Assembly: GCF_963921235.1 (NCBI RefSeq)
Contig: NC_086097.1
Coordinates: forward strand, 231,758,001-231,822,000
Source of the DNA: Mobula hypostoma
Taxonomy: Eukaryota
Direction of reading: 5' to 3'
Length of the DNA stretch: 64,000 nt
Shown here: positions 48,766 through 61,274 of the stretch, piece by piece
Position numbering within the stretch: the stretch's first letter is position 1
Layout of the letters: every line of letters starts with the position of its first letter
Translations under genes and position numbers: made by a program
Notes under the pieces: generated by a model
What the model was told of the DNA's origin: nothing
Databases searched by the model: none
The model's input: the letters and a program-made list of their open reading frames with translations, nothing else

Positions 48766-50054
48766 CCAACCACTAAAAAAAAATATCGAGCCAATCATTG
48801 TGACTTTAACTGAAGGAGAACGGTTGAGAGTTCTTAAGTACTCAACTGGGAGAATAGACACCCAATCCTGCATTACCATAATTCATAGCAAACTAACAAT
48901 GTATACGATATGCACAAATATTTAGTTTTGAATTGGTCTCTCTTGCTAGACAACCTGGATGTAATTCTGATCTTATGGGCTTCTGCCTCAAGACATGTTC
49001 TTCTAATCCAAAAAGGAAATATGACTATGGTATGAAATGCTTATGAATTTTTAGTGCTTTGCAGGATAAGCATGGAACATTTAAACCATATTGAAAACAA
49101 AACTATTCTCTATCTTGCATAAAAATAACCAGGCTTAGCAAATTCCCTTAGTTTGCTTGTCCAACAAAAAGATAAAGGATGGACAGATGGGGACTGAGGC
49201 CAGAAAAACATACATCCCGTTTGAGCAAAATCACAAACAATTGGATTTTGTTGCACATATTACGTGATCCAAACACCAATTATTAATCTGGCGTATTATG
49301 AACTTAAAGTTACATATTATGAAGCTCACCGATAAATAAAAGTAGTTAAATATTTAATGGAAAACTTCACTTCGCACAGATGGTTGGAAAACAAATTGTA
49401 GTGTAGACAGGTAAGATGGAGTAAAAGTCTTTAATAAATCTCTCACTGCTTGCTGAATTGCAATATGATTGTAATAGTTGCTAAACTGTAATACATTAGG
49501 GATATTTAAGGGACTCCTAGATAGGCATATGGATGAAGGAAAAATGGAGGGCTATGTGCAAGGGAAGGGAGTACACAGGTTGACACAGCATCATAGTCTG
49601 AAAGACCTGTACTGTGCTGTAGTGTCTTATGTTCAGTAATATAAAGTTTGAAATCTTCATTCTTGAATTGCATGAATATGAAATTGGTGTTACTGCAGAA
49701 GGTATGTCTATCTGTCTATCAGAGGAGGCAGGAATGTAGAAAGTTTCTCCATCTGTGCCATGTGTATTGTTTCAGTTCTCAATTCCCAGCTAAAATATTG
49801 ATAATGAATTCCTGATTATTATTACAGTGGTAAAAAAGGTGCACTGAACACTTGTTTACTTGCATTTTTAAGAACTCAGAATCTGAAGTAGCTCTGATCA
49901 ATGCCACTGCATATTTATCACACGCTTACAGGAGAATTCAATTTTGCCAATTGATAGAAATGTTAAATACTATTAAACACTATCTAAGGTTTCATATTAA
50001 CTGGCATCAATAATGAGACATCTTTGATGATTAATATTACTTAGCAACATGGGG

Positions 50055-50345
50055 TAGAACGACAACTAGAGGTCATAGGTTAAGGGTGAAAAGTTTAAGG
50101 GGAATATGAGGGGAAACTTCTTCGCCCAGAGGGTGGTGAGAATGTGGAACGAGCTGCCAGTGCAAGTGGCATATGCAAGCTAGATTTCAACATTTAAGAG
50201 AAGTTTGGATGGAAATATGGATGGTAGGGGTAGGGAGGGCTATGGTACCAGCGCTGGTCAATGGGAATAGGTAATTTAAATGTTCTGGCATGGACTAGCT
50301 GGCATGAAGTGCCTATTTCTGTGCTGTACTTTTCCAAGACTCTAA
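50055..50345 (+). mobile_element. CR1 3' end
   Basis: TTTRGHRLRVK...FFAQRVVRMWNELP. Confidence 0.8.
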
Positions 50346-51839
50346 TTGGTTATTAGTATCAAATAGATGACAGCTCTCCACATACCATACATTATTTTAC
50401 TACAACTACCAACTTAAAATTTTTGGCTTGGGGCAAGTAGATAAATTTAATTGCAGAGAAATGACCAATGTTCAGAGTTACTTATATCCATCCTTAAGGA
50501 TTATATACATTCTGTTGAATATCTGTAAACATCAGGTCAATAGTTTATTGCTTTAGCTCCAGACAGTAAACAATATTTGTGTTATTGACTCCAATTCACA
50601 TGATCCGATTCTAAAACAAGAAACGTTTGACAATACCCCGACAATGAAGCACAGGAAATGTTAACAAATTGGGATTTTCCTTCCACCCAGAATTTGGTCA
50701 TCCTGTAGAACAACTATACACGTCGGAGGTCACAACTATCAGTTACACAGTGACTATTTTGTTTTACACAGGGACCTGACGAAAAAAAGCAGAACACTTT
50801 CTGACTACAGAGCAGAAAGGGTGACTTTCTGTAAGTCAGATAGGAATGTACTTAGCGAAAAATTGAGACACGGGATCAAAAGAGAGGTCCGTTTAAAGGA
50901 TTATTTTGCAAGAAAGAAGAAAGGACTAGCTGTTTGGTTTATATCTGGATTGGGAATAATGGAAAGATAAGATGACCTATGACAGTACTAGCGCCAACTC
51001 TATCTTTGTTCACTCGCCTTGTTTACCTTCCGTAGAACATGGGAAGATACGATATTCCGTTTACTTGTATATATTTGGATTTAGTCAAAATCTGCGCATT
51101 ATATGACATCTAAAGATGAAGAGCAGATTTAAACAATAGGACCCTATACCACCTACACACTTAGAGACAATATCAGTTCAAATCCCCGTGACCAAACAAC
51201 GATTAACGGGCTGTGGAAAATCGGTCGAAAATTTAACGGGATATTACCATTTTACAAAATATACTTCACGGCTTTTCAGCTTGTCTGCAGTGTTTCGAAA
51301 GTGGACTTGCCAATTTCTTTTCATTGTGATTGACCAATTAAATTTAACTACTTCATTCATATTTCAACAACAGAGGGCTGCCATATAAAGATGTCTTTAA
51401 AAAAAACACACCTGTACTTAATTTATTCCTCGTATTCTCGCCAAACGATGATATAATATGTTTCAATTTTTTTTTTGTTTTGGAATCGAAGAGTAGGTAA
51501 CTTTCACAGTTTTTTAAGCAACGGAATTCTGGTACCTGCTGGAATGATTAGATACTACAGATAGTTATTACGCGTTTATAACAAAATACAATTTCTTCCA
51601 CTTGTGGCAATACTGTTCCTCTTTGATACACCCGGTCAAAAATAGTAAAAATGTTCAGATTTAACGAATCTATATTAAATTTTCTGGACTGCTGCAAAAA
51701 TAACATATACTTGTGTATATATTAGTATTTGTGATCTGCTGCTATGATTATTCTAATGTCAGTAGACAATAGTTTGAACAATTCTGTATGGTGTACAGTA
51801 GTAGTAGTAGTAGTGTATGGTGAGAAATAACTTTACTGA

Positions 51840-52205
51840 ACTTCACTTGCCCATCACAGAAATGTTCTCAAAGATTCATTTTCAAGGGCATTTCATCTCA
51901 TGTTCTCGATATTTATTGTTTATCTACCTGTCTATCTACCTATCTGTCTGTGTATCTATCTATCTGTTTACGTACTTGATAATAATAATAATAATAATTT
52001 ATTCTTTCTTTTTGTATTTGCACCGTGTGTTGTCGTTTACAGACTGTAACTTGGTGCAGTCTTTCATTGATTCTTATTATTCGATGTTTCCATAGATAGT
52101 TATTACTCTATTATAGATTTATTGAGTATGCCCGCAAGAAAATGAATCACGGGGTTGTAGATGGGGACACATATGTATTTTGATAATAATTTTACTTTGA
52201 ATTCT
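51840..52205 (+). mobile_element. Rex/L2-type tail element with (TCTA)n and (AAT)n tracts
   Basis: Matches 35585-35790/36730-36835 (CTTCACTTGCCCCATCAC...AAGAAAATGAATC...TTTACTTTGAA). Confidence 0.7.
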
Positions 52206-53662
52206 CTCCGAACTTTGAATAGGTCATAAAAATGACCTGCGTAAAACACTTTCAAGGAAGCAGCATAGACAATTAGTTGCAATTGAATATTTTTTTCTGT
52301 ATTTGGTTTCATTAAATGTATCAGGCAAAAATAACTATCCATAGTTAGTCTCTCAATTTTCCAATTAGGTACTCATTAGCACGTCTTTCTCAGTGACAGA
52401 TAGCAGCGGAATTTAACAAATTTTACTGGATCTAATAGTTGAATTACAGAAATGTAGAGATTCCAGAAAAATGGAGGGTGGGAGTGTATCCATAGTCGAA
52501 GGGCTGAAAAAAAAGGAGATATTTCCTTATTTTTCTTAAAAGACCAACACCTCTCATCACTCATAGAAGGAAAATCGCTTGTTATACCACAGGGGCGCCC
52601 AACAGAACCACGTGATTTAGGCAGTTAGGTGAATCCATACCGGAGATCCACACAAATCTCAGATTCAGTCTTGCGAAGTAGATGTTAATGCACCATTCGA
52701 TGCGTTGAATAGTAATAAATTATTTTCACCTTGGCGACATTAAAATTGAGTTAGGATATCAAACTCAAGATGGAACCGAAGAGCAATTTAAATGAATGGA
52801 AGATCCTCTGTTACAGAATCCGCCATGCCTGTTCTGATGAAGGGTGTCGGCTCTTTATCTCTCTCCATAGACACTGCCCGAATTCCTGCCGCATTTAGTA
52901 TCTGTTACTCTGCATTTCCAACATCTGCAAAATCTTGTATGTTTATGATTCCAAATTTACTTGGTATTGAATAAGTGACCAGCGTTGATGTGCTCAACTC
53001 TTTACAGATTCACAGTGAGCCTTTCAGAAAGTGGCGTGTCTCTCCCGTATTTTGATGTTCATCTATTACACGGTGTTGCGCTGGGCCAACATTTTGCTAG
53101 TTGATGGTTTTTTTGGATGCATTTCTGATCAAGGAAAAGGAATATACCAAAGTGTGAATGGTATGTCAACACGTTTCTGAAGTGGTGGATGCGGGTACGA
53201 TTTCAACATTTAAGAGAAATTTGGATAGAGTCATGGATGGGAGGGGTATAGAAAGCTATGTCATGTGGAGCTATGGAGAGACTGGTGCAGGTTAATTGTT
53301 CAGCACGGACTACATGGGCCGCAAGGCGCGATTCTATACTGTGGTGTTCCATGCATCTATGACATAAAATAACCTGCATTTGACGCCATTTCAGCACCAA
53401 ACATATCACGTAGACAATAGCTGATTTATTTCTACACTTTGCACCCCTCTATAATTTCGAAAGGAAGTCGCCATTATTCATCTGAAAATTTAGCCAGTAT
53501 CTTCTCTTCGCTGCTGGGAAGTATTGGTACAGACTTTATGTGATCGGTTTTTCTCTGAAAGGGTCCAGACGATAATTTACTTTCCCAATCATGCTGTCTT
53601 ACCTCGAAGTTCGCTAGTTGGGCTTTAGCACAATTCAATCCACCTAAATACTTTTTTTTATT

Positions 53663-53800
53663 CAACCAACATACATCAAAGTTGCTGGTGAACGCAGCAG
53701 GCCAAGCAGCATCTGTAGGAAGAGGCGCAGTCGACGTTTCAGGCCGAGACCCTTCATCAGGACTAACTGAAGGAAGAGTGAGTAAGGGATTTGAAAGCTG
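53663..53800 (-). mobile_element. Young PLE terminal insertion with intact hammerhead (53728-53764)
   Basis: Minus strand AGTC-CTGATGA-AGGGTCTCGGCCT-GAAAC-GTC-GACTG. Flanked by C(T)nATT on both sides. Confidence 0.88.
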
Positions 53801-56800
53801 CTTTTTTTATTGTTTTATTTGGTTCGCAGGCTTCTCATTACGTGCCTTAACATCACTCATTCGGGTCGCATTTACAATCTTGCACCATATTAATCCGGAT
53901 TAATTAAAAAAAAACAAGTGTTGCTCTGAATATATATCGTTTTGAACCCAAAATTATGCGTTTCCTTGGATATATGGCAGGGCAGCGACATTTTTTCGAT
54001 GTAAAGTAGCAAACTAGAAAAGTGGAACAGTCCTCACACACAGTGACAGCCGCGCACATTCCCACTAGTAAAATTCTGAGCATACGTAAACCGACGTGAA
54101 TTGCTAATCTAAAATTCGATAAAACATTCGCTTTCACTAGTTTTAATTATAATGACGAGTTTTTATTTCAAAACGTAAACTCCTTTCAATCATCAGGAAT
54201 ATTTAGAAATGGTTTCCTGGTAATTCTTAATGGAAATATTTCATTATTCAGTATCGGCTGCCCCGTAGGATAATTCAAACAACGTACATTAGCTATATGA
54301 CAATTCGGTTTAAAACCGATTTATCACCTGATAGTGCCGTAGCCTGTAATGACGATTGGGTGAATCGTAAGTGTGTTGCAAACGCGTTCTCAATATTCAA
54401 AAATCATATTAAAATGTGCGTTACAATCGAATCTTCGTCTGCCTCCTATCGAATAAGCAATGCATGAAGAATCATATTTATTTTAATAATTTAAGTTGAA
54501 GGAATGAGAACATTCTTCATTACAAAATATGTCAAAAAATCTAATTTGGTATTGTATGCAAGACGAGCTAATGAGGAGCCTGCGGACAAAGAACGGCAAT
54601 AAAGAATATTCTGTGAATAAATAGGTGGACTGAATTATGCCAAAGTCCAACTGTAAATGATTGTGGGAATGCGAGTGTGTTGATGTTATTTTCCTTTCTT
54701 CCCTGTAGCCTGTAAAACTGCGAGAGAGCTCTCGGATGGGGAGACAGTACGGCGTCCAGCATTCATTCCTGTGCGCCATGCTGTAACACTGCTATCAGAG
54801 GGGAACACACACAGCATGTTCTGTTTAGTTCAGCCACCTCATCACTCTTCTGCTGACCGCCGCCTCACTCGCTGCCGTCCGCCGCTGCAGGATAGAGCCA
54901 GTCAATCAGCTCAGTGCAAATTCTCGGCCTTCCTCTTTCGCGCAAAAAAAAATAACCAACCATCTTCTAAACCCGAGAAAATACTTTCAAACATCGACCA
55001 CCAGAATAAAACCGACACCAACTTCACACCATTCGGCAAAAAAAATCGCAATCCCACTTGCGAAATCATGCAATCATTTCACACAATCACGCAGAGTCTT
55101 TTAGCATTGAAAGAATTAACCATATTTCACATTTAGAAAAAAATAGTTTAATACCAGGAACTATATTAGAAGCCAAGTTATTCAGGAAAAGATTCACGAG
55201 AAATTAATTCTTTAAAAGCTTGAAAGTACAAACCGCAGGGGTATTCCACACAGCTATTTTAACGATGCTACATCAATGCTCTAGATGCGTTATCTCTGTG
55301 ACAAGCCGCCCAACCACAAACTGTTCACTAAATGAACACACAAAATAGACTTTCATGCAAGTCAAGTGCACTGTCAAGGCATTTAGAATCAACTGATTGA
55401 TTGCAGAACATACAAACTATGATTGTAAACACATACATACAATATGTATGTATAATATATGTACAATAGGCGCAATTCATGCAAATATTAATATATAGTT
55501 CCAACGCATGTACTTAATCATTCTTAACAACGCAATCTGGGCTATTTTCTGAACACATCTTTCGCTGAGTTCAGTTTTTCTAAGCTGAAATGATGACCCG
55601 AATTATACCTGTAAAATGTAAAATTCTGTGATATCTATAATGCTACAGGGCCATAAACATTTTGGAAAGATCTGCTCTATTTTCATTTGCACCAAGGAAA
55701 AACAAAGCAGCTTCGGATTATTCTGCCATCCCTCAGTTTAAGACGTTTATTTAGTCACTATGGTGATTATTTGACTAATTGTTTATTTCAATTTGCACTT
55801 TGTCCGTTGTGCGGTTTAGGTAATGAATCCGGGGAGTAAATTATCACTTACTTTTAAAGTTCAAAGAAGGATCCCCGGCAAGTTAGTGGAAGGTGTCAGG
55901 CCTCTGACGCCGAGATGGTTTAGCTAAACCGATAGACTTTTACAAATGATTCGAGTCCAATCGCAGACAAATTAACAGGACAGACTATTAATTAATAAGC
56001 TCTTCTTATGCAACAAACTGCGATACAAAAAGAATTTCCCTCGCAGGACTGTACGTAAGGAATTTTCAAAACTGATAACGAAATCAAAAGCATGTCTCTG
56101 CTGTTGGATAATGATAAGCGCATTGCAAACCACTTAAGTGTCAGAATTAAAGACCCACAGTGCCAGAGATATGGTGGCGCTCGAATATTGATATTTCTCG
56201 AAGAGTAACGGTAGTATCGATCGGCTTGTGTGTGGGATATGCCAGAGGGAAATGTAGATAGCGGCATTGATACTTTAATAAGCGAGCGTTGCTGCGAGAG
56301 GGAAGCGCGGAGACAGAAAGTTCTCGCAGAATGAAATAGAGAATGTTTGGTATGTTTGTAATAAAATTTGGGGGATACATGCATTCTGAAAATATGCATT
56401 GCATTTATGTCATTGTTGTGCTTGTTCGCCAGCTGTTCCAAGCCCACGTCTGCACTTTATGAAGTCAAAAGGGTGACAGCTCTTTTTTTTCTCTCTCTCA
56501 AAGGGATCCTTCATTGCCTCCAATCACTGCCTACCCTAGTTCTACACAAACGTTCACCTGGGTAAAATAAATCGAAAACGTGGTTATCTCTTCTCGTGGA
56601 AGTACGGGAACCGTACTTAATTGTGCGCTTTGATTTTAATCTTTGAATTTATAGTCTCTTATGCGGCGAATATCGCTTGAAACATGGACACTACTGCCGG
56701 GTTGGCTAAGATTAATGAAAGAAATTTGAACAGCGCACCTGACTTTGGAACATCAAGTTTTTCTTTTTTTAAAAAGGGCAATATTTCTCCCCTCACTGCG

Positions 56801-57139
56801 GGAAGCTGGTCGCTCCTACAAGACAATGCAGGCAAAATAGTGTTGAGGCTGTTGCCCGCCTAACCTTGCATACCATGCCTGCAAGTTTCGTCGTTCCAAA
56901 CAATTCGCTACTAAATTAACTGAAATAGTCACAAGACAGGTGCAGTGAATGTTTATCAGCCTTGTCTCGTTGATTTTCCTGTATGTACGCTTTTAATTTT
57001 AAAATGTCTACGAGTTTAAAGTCGGTGTCAAATTCCTTTCCTTGAAAGTTAAACGGTTGTGCTTTTAGTTAGAGGCTTTAACGCCGGAGTTCAAAGGCTT
57101 TGCTGTACCCTCTCCACTCAATCATTTTCACATTCTATT

Positions 57140-57520
57140 CCCTCAGTTATCTCTCTGTATCTGGCACCCTGTCTCTGATTGCTTCAGTCCTCCCGTCTCT
57201 ACCTATCTGTGAGACTAGAGATATAAACGAGACGCGCAGAGAGCTTCAGTCTTTCTGCGGACCAGTTTTGCTGGGGTCATGTTGTATGTTAGGATCGACG
57301 CTGCTGTGGAGGCGCTGCGGAGCCCGTGTTTAAGTCAGCACTGTGTGAATCCAATCAGGATCTCCAGTTTCCCAGTGAATTGTGCTCAAGGCGCTGCCTC
57401 CTCTCAAATAGCTCTGCAGAGAGCAGAGACACGCACTCTACCGCCCAGAACCTAGACATACTGGTCTTAAGACACACTGGACTTCTACAAACACCTGACT
57501 GATGGCAAACCACCATTAGG
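57140..57520 (+). promoter_or_regulatory. GATA6: Probable GATA6 promoter / non-coding exon 1
   Basis: TATA-like GATATAAA (57220-57227). TGTTTA..GTGAATCCAATCAGGA...GGCGCTGCCTCCTCTC (57327-57405) resembles the mammalian GATA6 exon-1 region as recalled. Possible donor AG|GTCGGC at 57519/57520. Confidence 0.6.
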
Positions 57521-57634
57521 TCGGCATCTTACTTTCCACACTCTTTTCAGATGTTCGACGGCCTGGTTCAAGTGTAGCATGCCTGCTGTGATAGTACTGG
57601 ATGATTTTGTGGTTATTTATCGTGCCTTTAGCTC

Positions 57635-57764
57635 TTATCTATTATATTTCTTATCTCGGAATTATCTTACTCTAGTCTGGCGTAACTAAGGCATATTACT
57701 TACTGTTCTTTTTGGGCCTATCTATATCGATGTGTGGTTTCTGTAATTTCTGGCCAACTTATCT
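57635..57764 (-). promoter_or_regulatory. Cluster of five co-oriented WGATAR sites in presumed intron 1
   Basis: TTATCT at 57635, 57651, 57662 and 57759; CTATCT at 57718. Confidence 0.55.
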
Positions 57765-58816
57765 TTTGATACCTCAGCGTTTTCGCTACTTTTGGAAATC
57801 TAATTACTTTCCAGTTTGCAAGTTGTCGATATGTCTTGGCCAGTTCTGTAGGGGCATGTGGTTATTACCGGGATTCTAAGTGCAAGACATTTGTATCTGG
57901 ATGTAGTCAGCGCGTTAATGTCATTTTATGTATTGAGGTCTTCAAATGGCGCAGCGTTGGGGGGAAGTCTTTACACGCCAGAGCCGAGGCTCAGCATGTT
58001 TCGTCACACGCTTGCCTTGCGAACTCGTTTCGGGAGGAATGCTAAAGGTCTTCCAAACCCGACATTTAAAGACAGAGCTCGCGATGGCTCGGATTGGTAT
58101 CGTGTAGAAACCTGTGCCGGTAAACCAGGTTGGTAAACGGCAAAGCATGTAGACTCTATGTGGGTACGTTGTCCATTGATTGACCCCCCCCGCCCTTCCT
58201 CATTCACGCACTCTCCGTTACATTTGCGGGATGTTGAACTTTCCACTGTTGAATTTTAAAGTCTCCTAACTTCCCTCAGGAGAGATTGGGGCGGGGGGGG
58301 GGATGTTGATAGTCGGTTTGTAAGGAATTTTATGGCGGCGGGTAGTTTTGTGACTGCGCAGCAGTTTCGTTCTTACTTTGACCGGTAGCGAATGCTCACC
58401 CGGGGCAGTTTAAAAGGCCGCGAGTAACTATTTCATGGTCAATATACGAACGAAAATTTTAGAGAAATTGATTTTCATTGAAGAGACCACGCACTTTAAA
58501 GTGATGTACTGGTAGGATCTTCCCACCGAACACGCGTGGAACAATCTGCCTAAAGAGATGGACCCCAGGGGAGATGGACTCCAGCAAATACACTTGAAAG
58601 ATCAGTCGTAAATGATTCTTCGACCGTTTAACTATTATCAAATTGCTTTGTACTTTAAAAGAACACCTAGAATTGTTCAGGGGGTTTGTTTTGAAAGAGG
58701 TATTTAAGAGCGATACAATTGTTCCGTTTGTCTAGTGGGCGACAGAACGATAAAAGGAGATTCGAGCTAATTTAATTAACAACGAACTCGAGAACTGGCT
58801 TTCTTACTGTGTGTGT

Positions 58817-58825
58817 ATCTCTCTC

Positions 58826-58892
<67 letters not shown>
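58817..58892. repeat. (CT)n microsatellite just upstream of the GATA6 exon acceptor
   Basis: Direct reading of the sequence. Confidence 0.97.
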
Positions 58893-58895
<3 letters not shown>

Positions 58896-58977
58896 ATTGA
58901 TTTTTACACTTACAGACTATTTGTTTTGGACCATTCTCCAGGACCGCACTTCGGCGTTTGGACTTCTCGGAACCTGG

Positions 58978-59848
58978 ATGGACCCGAATGAACCTGACTG
59001 GTCAAACGTGGCAAAGCACTTCGCCCCAAACGGTTTCAGCTCATCGCCTGACCAGGGTTACTTAAAGTTTGCTGGTCGCCACCACAGTGGAGGTGAGGGC
59101 AGCTCAGGGTCGGAAGAAAGCCTGAGGTTGGCGGAATCCTCGGTTCCCACTCTGGACACGAATAGGAACCATCTCCTGCAGCGGAGGCCAGTTGACGCCT
59201 GCCTTCCCTTTGGACACACTTCACAAGAGCACGCCACCTTCATGACGGATCTGGATCAGTCAGGCAAACTGTTTCTGCCCAGAGGGATTAAAAGGGAATA
59301 TGTGACACATCCATCGATTGATATGTACCAAAGTTTGCCTGTGACATCCGTGCAGGGTCCGAGTACCTACCCTCACGATGTTCCTAACAACTTCATGCAC
59401 TCCAGTACAAGTTCACCCGTCTATGTTCCCACTACCAGGGTTAGCTCCATGATCCAGACCATCCCCTATCTCCAAGGTAGCGGATCGAGCCAGCAGAGCC
59501 ACCCCGTTACTAACCACTCGGTCTGGACTCAACCTGCCTCGGAAAGCTCAACTTACAGCTCCAGCAGACCTCACGAAATGGTTTCCAGCAGATTCTCCTT
59601 CTCTCCCAGTCCGCCCATTTCAAACGGAGCTTCTCGAGATTCTGGTTACCATAACAGTCTGAATGGCAGAGATCAGTACACTGGTGCTTTGGCCAGGCCT
59701 CTTAATGGATCTTATCCCAGCCCTTACACTTCTTACGTTGGGCCGCAGTTGGCTTCGGCTTGGACTGCAGCAAGTTCCTTTGAAAGCCCAATGCTGCAGA
59801 GCTTGCAAAGCAGACCTGCAAACATACCAGTGCGGGGACCCAATGGAG
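58978..59848 (+). CDS. GATA6: GATA6 first coding exon (N-terminal extension plus GATA-N transactivation region); partial gene
   Basis: MDPNEPDWS...TDLDQ..KL...MYQSL...SSPVYVPTTRV...LQGSGS...SPSPP..NGA...RPLNG.YPSPY..YVG...FE.P.LQSLQSR...RGP, with GATA6-type motifs. Phase-1 donor G|GTAAGT after 59848. Acceptor CCAG| at 58941 or ACAG| at 58915. Short-isoform ATG at 59323. Confidence 0.93.
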
Positions 59849-61218
59849 GTAAGTCACCCCCATCTGCGTCAGACACTTGTGTTAAGACCGACAATCGTTA
59901 GCTTGTTATTCCTTATTCTCCCTCTGATATAGTCGTACCTGATCTACGTGGTGGGACTGTTCCATCCTTAAACTGGGAACATTTTTAACTGCAAAAAAAA
60001 TATTGTGAGCGTTGTAGTTTATTGTACTGTTTCTGCGTGTGATACCTGAACATTTTGAACTGCAGATTCCCAGCCTCGCATTACATTCTTGGATTCGTCA
60101 GGAGTGTTTATCATTAAGGAACTTCTGGCTTCTGTTTAATAGTAGCGAACGAAATTCTGCACGGGTATTTTCGTTTTGTTACTAAAACAGGGATAGGAGA
60201 GGATGAGAGCGGGTGATCTACAGTATGTGACTGTAGATCAGTCATGGCGCATCCAAATATGGTATAGTGTACAAAGCATCAATTTCACCAAAAATTATGC
60301 GAATCAAAATAATCCGACCACAATTCGTGTGTAGAGTTTTGAGATCAGTTTATTTACATACATTCGATCAGTGAGAATATTTTAAGCATATCATAAACAG
60401 CACAATTACTACATATGACAAACTTTGCTAATATCGGAGCACATTCAAAAAGCGCATGACAAAACACCATTGTTAAATCTGCGAGTACACCAAAATCGGA
60501 GGACGTGAGATGAAAAATAAAACACCAGGTTATATTTCCTGGACACATCCAAAAATTTTGAAATATACATTCTAAAAAAATTTCCTACAGTAATTGTGTT
60601 AGCAGTCGATTAGACTGGTAACTTTACATGTCACAAACAATTCGTGTTGCCTAATAAACGGGAACGACAACCGCCACATAATTGTGTGAACTGCACAATT
60701 ATTTCCTTTTCGATAAATCCACACTGACATATTCTGTTTCACAGTTCTCATTCAACGACAGTTTACAGCCATTGAAATAGGCCCATTTTGGTAAATAGAT
60801 TATACTGTAATAATAATCACAAGAACTTAATGTCTTTTACTCAGCGCGGAACAATATTCGCGCATTCCGCAAACGTTTGTATTACCTGTACACCTCAGTC
60901 ATAATTTCATGATTCTTTACCTCATTAAATCTTACTGTACAGAAGGAGGCCTGTAGGCTCATTAACTTTATTCCGGGTCTCACCTGCCACAGTCCCTTTT
61001 CCCACTTATTCTCTCTCAAATATTCATGTCAATCCTTGATCTTAATCATTAGTGTATCGTATTCTGGAGATGACACTAAATTAAAATGCGACTTATTGTT
61101 ATTACATTATTGTCTATATTTTGGGAATATGGATGTTTTCTCCACGTCGAGAATCAATAAACGCCTATGTGTTAGAGGATCTATATGCACTGATCGCTGA
61201 CACACAGGAGCCCATACA

Positions 61219-61222
<4 letters not shown>

Positions 61223-61273
<51 letters not shown>
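61223..61273. repeat. (CA)n microsatellite
   Basis: Direct reading of the sequence. Confidence 0.97.

Positions 61274-61274
<1 letters not shown>

Larger units (their letters stand above)
47187..49229 (+). repeat. Old diverged ~210-bp direct duplication (47187-47405 and 49024-49229)
   Basis: Colinear blocks ACTATGGTAT, TTATGAATTTTTAGT, ATAAGCATG.AACATT, AAAAATAACCA, GAAAAACATA, TGAGCAAAA. Confidence 0.7.

Noticed and set aside
53904..58641. Short ORFs upstream of GATA6 (e.g. 54771..55136, 55992..56447, 57858..58136)
   Set aside because: No recognisable domains or splice support; lengths are compatible with chance.
58813..58977. N-terminal (SL)n part of the 362-aa ORF
   Set aside because: It is the translation of the intronic (CT)n microsatellite upstream of the splice acceptor, with a non-ATG start.
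59323..59848. Assignment as GATA4 or GATA5 because of MYQSL
   Set aside because: PTTRV, LQGSGS, SPSPP, RPLNG, SLQSR..RGP and the upstream TDLDQ extension are GATA6 features.
59849..59901. C-terminal GKSPPSASDTCVKTDNR of the same ORF
   Set aside because: Read-through past the GTAAGT donor into the intron.
60683..60694. CVNC codons suggesting the GATA zinc-finger exon
   Set aside because: No flanking RE..G..TPLWRR and a stop follows shortly; it is a chance match inside a small palindrome.
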